Shown: piece after piece, positions 58,001 through 64,000 of the stretch
Numbering within the stretch: the stretch's first letter is position 1
Layout: the number at the start of each line of letters is the position of its first letter
Assembly: GCA_943372225.1 (NCBI GenBank)
Contig: CALRXV020000003.1
Location: forward strand, 206,479 to 270,478
Length of the DNA: 64,000 nt
Origin: Chitinophaga pinensis
GTDB taxonomy: Bacteria; Bacteroidota; Bacteroidia; Chitinophagales; Chitinophagaceae
Reading direction: 5' to 3'
The notes under the pieces: model-generated
What the model was told of the DNA's origin: nothing
Seen by the model: the letters and a program-made list of their open reading frames with translations, nothing else
Database searches by the model: none
Program-made: the position numbers and the translations under genes

Positions 58001-58606
58001 AACATTAATTTGGAATTCACGTTCTGGTGCACCAACAATGTCTACACGGTTGATCTGTGGAAGATCTTCCAATTTGTCTTTGAGGTCATCAGCGTATTTC
58101 TTCAATTTTTGCAAGTCATAATCACCACTAATGTTTACATACATAATGGGTTGTTCACTAAAACTTACTTCTAATGCCGTGGGCGGCGATGTAAGATCTG
58201 TAGGAAGATCCTGTTTGGCCTTATCCATAGCGTCTTTTACCTTCTGCAATGCCACGTCTGTTTTCACATTAGTGTCAAATTCTACCATAATAGCAGAAAA
58301 GTCCTGTTGAGAACTGCTGGTAAATTTCTTAATCTTAGCACCAGTGATACCCTTGATTTGCTTTTCAATGGGTCTTGTTACTAGGTTCTCAATATCCTTG
58401 GGAGAGTTACCTACATAAATGGTTTGAACATAAATGGTAGGAATTACAATGTCAGGAAATTGTTCCTTGGGTAGTGTAACAAATTGGTAGATACCTGCCA
58501 AGCTCACAAAGAGCATCATCAGGTAAATGGATGTTTTATTCTTAATACTCCAGGTGGTAGGTCCAAATTCTTTGAACTTACTTTGGATAGTTTCTAATGC
58601 GCTCAT
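55025..58606 (-). CDS. RND efflux permease subunit (AcrB/AcrD/AcrF family)
   Basis: LPKEQFPDI, proton-relay GIIVDDAIVVIEN, GIVVKNGILVIEF, TRIIPVLLT. Confidence 0.95.
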   Translation of the reverse strand: MSALETIQSKFKEFGPTTWSIKNKTSIYLMMLFVSLAGIYQFVTLPKEQFPDIVIPTIYVQTIYVGNSPKDIENLVTRPIEKQIKGITGAKIKKFTSSSQQDFSAIMVEFDTNVKTDVALQKVKDAMDKAKQDLPTDLTSPPTALEVSFSEQPIMYVNISGDYDLQKLKKYADDLKDKLEDLPQINRVDIVGAPEREFQINVDNYRMQSAGVTFDDISNAIQRENVDISGGLLEVGSMKRNLQLKGQLKTAYDIEKIIVRNQTGAPIYLKDIAVIKDTVKQKESFARLDGKNVVTLNIIKRSGENLIETSDGVKKIVDEIKATSFPKDLKAVITGDMSIKTRTSFTDLVNSIVIGFILVLVILMFFMGVVNAFFVALSVPLSMFVAFVFLPGADVIVGGHVTLNFIVLFALLFGLGIIVDDAIVVIENTHRIFVDGKGKLSATISARMAAGEVFIPVLAGTLTTLAPFFPLLFWPGIIGKFMVYLPTMLIFTLAASLVVAFIMNPVFAVDFMNHPEGEEKEPKSAIFKKKGFWAAIILGVLLDLLGAPFWGNLLIFFMLLVILNKYVLDDAIHYFQNHALPWIMNHYETLLRWALNGWRPVYLLLATIGLFFFSVFFFAARKVPVEFFPKGDPNQIFVYVKLPVGTDVLYTDSITKVLEGRVNKVLGTENGKTNPIVESVISNVAVGASDPTSGDRSTRSELGRIQVNFVEFEKRHGAATAPLLDSVRLVMKGIPGAEISVNQEQNGPPTEPPVNIEVSSEEFDNLIKTAVGLKNYLDSIQVPGVEELKMDVDLSTPELTLTVNRERALIEGVSSGQIGMALRTALFGKEVSKIKEGKDEYKIQLRNNEFQRKNLVELLNMKISFRDFASGGAIKNIPISSLVHIEPTSTLGMVKRKNQKRLISLRSNVLNGYTPTAVNQVIANHIENFKQKADGVSIKQTGEGEQQAETGAFLGKALLIALMLILFILVLQFNSISKPVIILTEIVFSVIGVLLGFAITGMGVSVVMTGIGIVGLAGIVVKNGILVIEFTDELRARGMKTREALIEAGKTRIIPVLLTALAAILGFLPIAIGFNINFITLFAELNPHIFFGGDNVVFWKPLSWTIIFGLAFAFFMTLVIVPSMYLIAERLRRPMRNMYGGRWVSMLGIPPLTLIFLPMMVITLLKHRAKRIKRAQKLKAANTVNESFIGSWF

Positions 58607-58647
58607 ACGAGTGGTTTAATGGTTTTTCGCAAAAAGGATTGCGCGTA

Positions 58648-59838
58648 TTATTTGGCGTCTGTGGTAATCAATTGTCCGTCATACAAGCTTTGATGACCTT
58701 CAACAATTAGTATATCACCAGCTTTTAAACCTGATTTTACTTCTAGTTTGTTACCGTATAACTCGCCAGCTACAACTACTCTTTTACGAGCAACTAATTT
58801 TCCGTTCTCAGTTGCTGCCACCATTACAAACCTGCCTTTCTCGTCATTTTGTAAAGTGTTGATAGGAACAGTCACAGCATTATCGGCTTGATAATCTTGA
58901 ACACGAACCAATGCAATTTGATTAGGACGGAAATTCTTGTCATATGGAATTTTGGCTTCTACATAAAAGCTCCTACTATTGGGGTCAATGATTTTTCCAG
59001 CAACGCCAATTTTTGATTCAAGTGTACGATTAATATCAGGCAAACTGATTTGAATAGTAGTGCCTACTCCAACGCGGTTTGCATAGTTTTCCGGAATCTG
59101 TGTAGTTACTTTTAAATCGGTAGTATTTACCACTCTAATTTGACCAGGACCAGCAAACAATTCACCTACACGCACATTCACGTCATCAGCTACTCCGTTT
59201 ACATCGCTATAAACAGAAGTAAATTTCATCTGTTCTTGGGTAATTTTAATTTGTTCTTCTGAACTCTTCAATTGATTCTCTAAGTTTTCTACATTGTTCT
59301 TAGCGGTAATCAATTGAATCTCTGTTCCAATATTTTGTGCCCAAAGATTTTGTTGTTTTTGGTACAAATTTTTGGCAAAAGCTAATTGGGTTTTGATAGA
59401 TTGTAAACCTTGTTGAGCAGCTACTAAACTTTGTTTAACTATAGCGTCATCTAATTTTAAAATCAATTGGCCCTTGCTTATATTGTCACCCTTTTTAATA
59501 TAGAGCTCGCGAACCTGACCACCACCACCACGGGGAGTGATAAATGAAATATTCACTGCGTCTACTTTACCTTGGAGGTCAATATAGTGGGTGAATTTTT
59601 CAGTTACAATTGGCGCAGTAACTACCAATTTGCTTTTTTCAACCTTTGAAGAAGGATCCATCTTCAAAACTTCTGCTTCCAGTTTGGCAATATTGTTGCC
59701 AATTTCTGTTTGTTGTTTCTTCAGGTCTTCTAGTTGTTTTTTCTTGGCGGTTAGTTCAGCTGAATCATTTGATTTGCTTCCGCAAGCAGCCAGTACTAGA
59801 AAAGCTGCAAGGATTAGGATATTTGGTTTTTGTTGCAT
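58648..59838 (-). CDS. RND efflux periplasmic adaptor (membrane fusion) lipoprotein
   Basis: Lipobox VLAAC; biotinyl-like GGGQVRELYIKKGD; alpha-hairpin; GLKAGDILIVEG. Confidence 0.92.
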   Translation of the reverse strand: MQQKPNILILAAFLVLAACGSKSNDSAELTAKKKQLEDLKKQQTEIGNNIAKLEAEVLKMDPSSKVEKSKLVVTAPIVTEKFTHYIDLQGKVDAVNISFITPRGGGGQVRELYIKKGDNISKGQLILKLDDAIVKQSLVAAQQGLQSIKTQLAFAKNLYQKQQNLWAQNIGTEIQLITAKNNVENLENQLKSSEEQIKITQEQMKFTSVYSDVNGVADDVNVRVGELFAGPGQIRVVNTTDLKVTTQIPENYANRVGVGTTIQISLPDINRTLESKIGVAGKIIDPNSRSFYVEAKIPYDKNFRPNQIALVRVQDYQADNAVTVPINTLQNDEKGRFVMVAATENGKLVARKRVVVAGELYGNKLEVKSGLKAGDILIVEGHQSLYDGQLITTDAK

Positions 59839-59868
59839 GTTGTAATCTTTATATTGTTAGTTGTTGGC

Positions 59869-61212
59869 TTATAATTTTCCTACTGCTTTGTAAAAATCTA
59901 CTTTGGCTACAATGGCTCCGTAAAGCGCATTGATATAGTTGGCTTGAGCAGTTCTTAGATCGGTTTGTGCTGCAGTGATTTCTGTGTTAGAACCTGTACC
60001 CAATTCAAATTTCTTGGTTGTTTGTTTGAACACATTCTCTGCTAATTCCATATTTTTTTTCTGGTAATCCAAAGTGGTAATTGCTGCGCTAAAATTCATC
60101 TTAGCAGTTTCCACTTCATTATCTATGCTATTGCGGAGGTTCTCAATTTGATTCTCTGTTTGTTTGAGTTCAATTCGAGATTTTTTTAGTTTAGCATCTT
60201 TTGAAAATCCATCAAAAATTGGAATAGATACATTTAGTCCAATAAAAGCAGTGGTAAACCAATCACCTTTTCCAAAGAAATTGAATTGGTTTCTTTGTGC
60301 GTTCTTGGTATAAGCACCACTTAAAGCGATGGTTGGCAAATAACTCAATTGGTATCTTCTAATATTAAACTCATTCAATTTCTTAGCAAGATTTAAGTAC
60401 TGGTAATCTTTTCTAGAATCATATGTAAAAGCGCTATCCTGTTCAATTCCTTGTTTGATTTTGTCTTCTGTTAGTTGGTCAGTTAATATCAAACTATCTT
60501 TTACTGGCATACCAATCAATGTTTTTAAACCTAAGTAGCCAACACTAATGCTATTCAAAGCTTTTAGTTTTTCTGTTTCAATATTGGATACCTGAACAGA
60601 AATTTTATCAATGTCTAGTTTTTCAGCAAATCCATTCTGATACAAAACTTTAGTATCATGTAACAGTTTGTTTAACCTATCTAGGTTGGCATCATAAATT
60701 CCAATCTGTGTTTTACTAGCTACTAGTTGATAGTAAATTTTGTAGATATTGGTCTTAATGGCTTCTTCTGTAACCTCTACATTTTTGTTTTGGAATTCAA
60801 TGCTGGTAGATCGGGCTTTCAAGCCAATAAAAACCTGACCATCAAACAATAGTTGTTGGAGGTTTATTCCAGCATTGGCGTTAAACTTGGTACCAAATTG
60901 CACTGGAATATAAGTTCCTGCTGGTTGACCAAAAATTTCACCGGGTAACAATGAAGTTGGAATGGTTAAATAATCGTTTCCGCTAATGGTTCCTGTAACG
61001 GTGGGTAATGCAGCGGCAGTAATGTCTCTGTTTGTTTGGTTCTGCACCTGTACATTCAACAGCGCATTTCTTACCTGCACATTGTTCTTATGTGCATAGT
61101 CTACGCACTCTTTGATAGAGAATGCATGAGAGCTGCTGTTTTGGGCAAAGGTTTGGATACTTGCTATCAGAAGAAAGCAAAACCAAAGCATGCTTTTAAT
61201 TGGCTTGTTCAT
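59869..61212 (-). CDS. TolC family outer-membrane factor of the RND system
   Basis: FSIKECVDYAHKNN, YLPTI, KFELGTGSNTEITAAQ; located within the operon. Confidence 0.92.
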   Translation of the reverse strand: MNKPIKSMLWFCFLLIASIQTFAQNSSSHAFSIKECVDYAHKNNVQVRNALLNVQVQNQTNRDITAAALPTVTGTISGNDYLTIPTSLLPGEIFGQPAGTYIPVQFGTKFNANAGINLQQLLFDGQVFIGLKARSTSIEFQNKNVEVTEEAIKTNIYKIYYQLVASKTQIGIYDANLDRLNKLLHDTKVLYQNGFAEKLDIDKISVQVSNIETEKLKALNSISVGYLGLKTLIGMPVKDSLILTDQLTEDKIKQGIEQDSAFTYDSRKDYQYLNLAKKLNEFNIRRYQLSYLPTIALSGAYTKNAQRNQFNFFGKGDWFTTAFIGLNVSIPIFDGFSKDAKLKKSRIELKQTENQIENLRNSIDNEVETAKMNFSAAITTLDYQKKNMELAENVFKQTTKKFELGTGSNTEITAAQTDLRTAQANYINALYGAIVAKVDFYKAVGKL

Positions 61213-61831
61213 GTGTAATTGGATTTTGTCTTTGTATTTTGTATTGTTGAATTTTTTGAATGCCCTCTAGTGATGCAATACCATAGAGAAAGTTTTCTAA
61301 TACTTCCTGGCTTACTTTAGAGAGGCTATATTTTGAAGTGGGGAACACTTCTCCATTCATAACCACAAAAATGGTTTCAATATGAAACTTGGCTAAAATG
61401 TCTACCTGTATTTCTGGTCTATACAATCCTTCTTTGATACCACATTCCAAATTATCCTTGATGATTTTATAAAAAAACTCCTGTTTGTGTTCATTGAGTT
61501 TTTGAAAAGACTTGGGGTGGTATTTTTGTATATCGTGTACAATGGAGGTATTCAGTTGTTTGAGCATGTCTTGCATGTCATCAATTGCCATAAAAATTTC
61601 GTGAATGGCATTTTCTTTGTTCAATTTGTGCATTTCGCACTGACGATAATTGCGTTGAAGTTCAATATCCAATACCCCATCAACCAGTGCATCCTTATCG
61701 GCAAAATATTGGTAAATGGTTTTCTTGCTCATGCCCAGATGGTAAGCAATATCGTCCATGCTTACACTCCTGATGCCATATCGCATAAAAAGTTCATGTG
61801 TCTTGCTAATTATTCGCTGATCTGTTTCCAT
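61196..61831 (-). CDS. TetR/AcrR family transcriptional regulator
   Basis: ELFMRYGIRSVSMDDIAYHLGMSKKTIYQYFADK HTH. Confidence 0.94.
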   Translation of the reverse strand: METDQRIISKTHELFMRYGIRSVSMDDIAYHLGMSKKTIYQYFADKDALVDGVLDIELQRNYRQCEMHKLNKENAIHEIFMAIDDMQDMLKQLNTSIVHDIQKYHPKSFQKLNEHKQEFFYKIIKDNLECGIKEGLYRPEIQVDILAKFHIETIFVVMNGEVFPTSKYSLSKVSQEVLENFLYGIASLEGIQKIQQYKIQRQNPITHEQAN

Positions 61832-61981
61832 AATCTATAAATAGTCATGCAAAACTATGGAAACTTTATTAGTAGCCAAAGTTTCCATATAAATAAATTG
61901 TAAATTTTTGTTAACCGGTTAAAAAAAGGGATAAACCATCAAAATCTCCTTTCTTTGTTCTCTGAAATCAAAATCCTACCC

Positions 61982-62635
61982 ATGCCGCAACTGCCACGGC
62001 CTAGTTTTAGAGTGTATTTAAAAAAGCTACTTCAATTCTTTTTACAGGGATTGATTGTTTTGGCGCCTATTGGCATAACCATTTGGGTGGTTTTGGGTCT
62101 ATTTAATTATGTAGATGGCTTTTTGCCTAACTTGGTCAATAACCTAGCTCCCCAATTATTGGAAAAAGATGCAGCCGGAAACCTGACCCGCTTACCTGGA
62201 TTAGGATTCATAGTGGTTGTATCCCTTGTTTTGCTAGTTGGTTGGTTATCAAGCCTTTTTGTAGTTGGTCGATTGGTGGCTGTTTTTGATACTGTTTTGG
62301 AAAGAACCCCTGGCATCAAGTTTATTTATTCCTCTGTTAAGGATTTTTTAGAGGCTTTTGCTGGAAATAAGAAAAAATTTGACCATCCAGTTTTGGTAAA
62401 TGTAGATGGTCCCAATGTTTGGCGTATTGGATTTATTACCCAACATACCAGCAAGGATCTTGGTTTGAATGATCATTTAACGGTATATGTACCACATTCT
62501 TATGCCATTTCTGGTATTACTTACCTGGTACCCAAAGAAAAAATTAAAGAACTTCCTCCCCATATACATCCTGCCGAAGCCATGAAGTACGTAGTCTCAG
62601 GCGGGGTAAGTGCAACACATGAACAGGGTTCCTAA
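61982..62635 (+). CDS. DUF502 family membrane protein
   Basis: FLQGLIVLAPIGITIW, PGLGF, PGIKFIYSSVKD, TVYVPHSYAISG, AMKYVVSGG; start at 61982 or 61955. Confidence 0.88.
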   Translation: MPQLPRPSFRVYLKKLLQFFLQGLIVLAPIGITIWVVLGLFNYVDGFLPNLVNNLAPQLLEKDAAGNLTRLPGLGFIVVVSLVLLVGWLSSLFVVGRLVAVFDTVLERTPGIKFIYSSVKDFLEAFAGNKKKFDHPVLVNVDGPNVWRIGFITQHTSKDLGLNDHLTVYVPHSYAISGITYLVPKEKIKELPPHIHPAEAMKYVVSGGVSATHEQGS

Positions 62636-62706
62636 GGGTATTCCATTCACAAATCGGCCAAAGTTTTCCTGTAAAATCGGTTAACTTGCGGTTTCAAGCA
62701 ATCGAA

Positions 62707-63777
62707 ATGAGCGTTCATAATTTCAATTCGGGGCCATCTATTTTGCCTCAACCTGTACTAGATCAGGCCGCAAAAGCCATCCATGATTTTAATGGAACTG
62801 GTTTGTCCATTCTTGAAATTGGGCATCGCACCAGCCATTTTCAATCTGTTTTAGATGCTGCAATTGGTTCAGTAAAAAGACTCATGCAATTAGATGAGCA
62901 ATATGAAGTGCTCTTTTTGCATGGGGGGGCCACTACACAGTTTATGCAGGTTCCCATGAATCTACTTGATCAGGATGAAACGGCTGCCTATTGCGATAAT
63001 GGCATCTGGGGAAACAAAGCATACAAAGAAGCCGCATTGTTTGGTAACACTGTTTTGGCAACTTGCTCCGCCGATAGGTCACATACTTATATACCTAAGG
63101 ATTTGAATATTCCAGCCAATGCCAAATACTTGCATATTACTACCAATAATACAGTTGAAGGTACCCAATGGCATGACTATCCCAATTTAGGAATTCCGTT
63201 GATTGGAGATATGAGCAGTGATATTTTTAGTAGAGAAGCTGACTTTAAAAAGTTCTCTTTAATTTATGCGGGTGCTCAAAAGAATATGGGAGCAGCCGGA
63301 GTAAATATGCTGGTGATTAAAAAGGATATTTTGGGCAAAATTCAGCGCAAGATTCCAACCATCATGAATTATCAAAAGCATATTGAAGCTGGATCTCTCA
63401 TGAATACCCCACCTGTTTTTGCTGTCTATGTAAGCATGCTTACGCTGCAGTGGATTGAACAGGAGGGTGGGCTTGCAGAAATGGGAAGAAGAAGTCAAGA
63501 GCGCGCAGACTTATTGTACCATACCATTGACAGTTTACCAATCTTCCAAGCCAAAGTAGCCAAGGAAGACAGAAGCCAAATGAATGCCGTTTTCTTTATT
63601 GAAGACGAGTCATTGCAAAACCTATTCTTGGATCAGTGTAAACAAGCAGGTTTTGTAGGTGTGAAAGGATATCGCACTGTAGGTGGTATTAGGGTTAGCA
63701 TGTATAATGCGCTTCCTTTGAGTAGCGTAAAAGCCATGACTGATCTCATGCAAGATTTTGCAAAACAACACGGATAA
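62707..63777 (+). CDS. serC: Phosphoserine aminotransferase
   Basis: HNFNSGPSILP, EIGHR, GGATTQF, NNTVEGTQ, DMSSD, YAGAQKNMG, NTPPVF, RSQMN, GGIRVSMYNA; start revised to ATG 62707. Confidence 0.96.
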   Translation: MSVHNFNSGPSILPQPVLDQAAKAIHDFNGTGLSILEIGHRTSHFQSVLDAAIGSVKRLMQLDEQYEVLFLHGGATTQFMQVPMNLLDQDETAAYCDNGIWGNKAYKEAALFGNTVLATCSADRSHTYIPKDLNIPANAKYLHITTNNTVEGTQWHDYPNLGIPLIGDMSSDIFSREADFKKFSLIYAGAQKNMGAAGVNMLVIKKDILGKIQRKIPTIMNYQKHIEAGSLMNTPPVFAVYVSMLTLQWIEQEGGLAEMGRRSQERADLLYHTIDSLPIFQAKVAKEDRSQMNAVFFIEDESLQNLFLDQCKQAGFVGVKGYRTVGGIRVSMYNALPLSSVKAMTDLMQDFAKQHG

Positions 63778-63798
63778 AATAATCTCTAAAAATACAAG

Positions 63799-64000
63799 AT
63801 GGCAAACATCAAACCGTTCAAAGCATTAAGACCTCAAGCACAATTGGCCAAACAAGTGGCAAGCCGTCCTTATGACGTGTTAAGCAGTGCAGAAGCAAAA
63901 ATTGAAGTTCAGGGTAATCCATTTTCATTTTTGCATATTACTAAAAGTGAGATTGACCTTCCAGAATCTGTAGACGTTCACGCACAAGAGGTATACCAAC
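63799..64000 (+). CDS. DUF1015 family protein (partial, runs off the window)
   Basis: MANIKPFKALRP...VASRPYDVLSSAEA...NPFSFLHITKSEID, a typical DUF1015 N-terminus; adjacent to serC. Confidence 0.85.
   Translation, partial: MANIKPFKALRPQAQLAKQVASRPYDVLSSAEAKIEVQGNPFSFLHITKSEIDLPESVDVHAQEVYQ

Noticed and set aside
55025-61831. TetR-TolC-MFP-RND operon as a novel system
   Set aside because: Standard tripartite efflux organisation; only the extra hydrophobic segments were kept as a minor finding.

Overview
64 kb chromosomal window from a Bacteroidota bacterium, most likely Chitinophagaceae-like. This is inferred from T9SS cargo, TAnnTTTG promoter motifs, absence of Shine-Dalgarno sequences and the gene families present. 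It is mostly housekeeping and metabolic: rplM-rpsI-rpsB-tsf, pyrH, pheS, murA, recO, mnmH, serC, pxpBCA plus an NRAMP-like transporter, an RND efflux operon and tRNA-Lys(UUU). Cell-envelope and scavenging enzymes are interspersed (GH20, GH5, PQQ dehydrogenase-cytochrome c, tricorn-like S41 protease, amidohydrolases, GDPD/metallophosphoesterase cluster). A large T9SS-secreted IgGFc-binding/PKD protein runs off the left edge and is absent from the ORF track. I found no integrase, transposase, CRISPR-cas or rRNA. The least explained elements are: (i) a ~650 bp AT-rich gap between convergent genes with two copies of a 22-bp palindrome; (ii) a four-unit array of tRNA-Lys 3'-end-derived hairpin repeats plus a 112-nt nested palindrome downstream of the tRNA; (iii) an AT-rich Crp/Fnr plus signal-peptide adenosine deaminase cassette; (iv) a four-gene exported phosphoesterase/outer-membrane operon; (v) a HipBA module with an ORFan; (vi) several intergenic heptamer-periodic tracts and REP-like doublets. 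All functional calls come from motif recognition by eye; no database searches were run.
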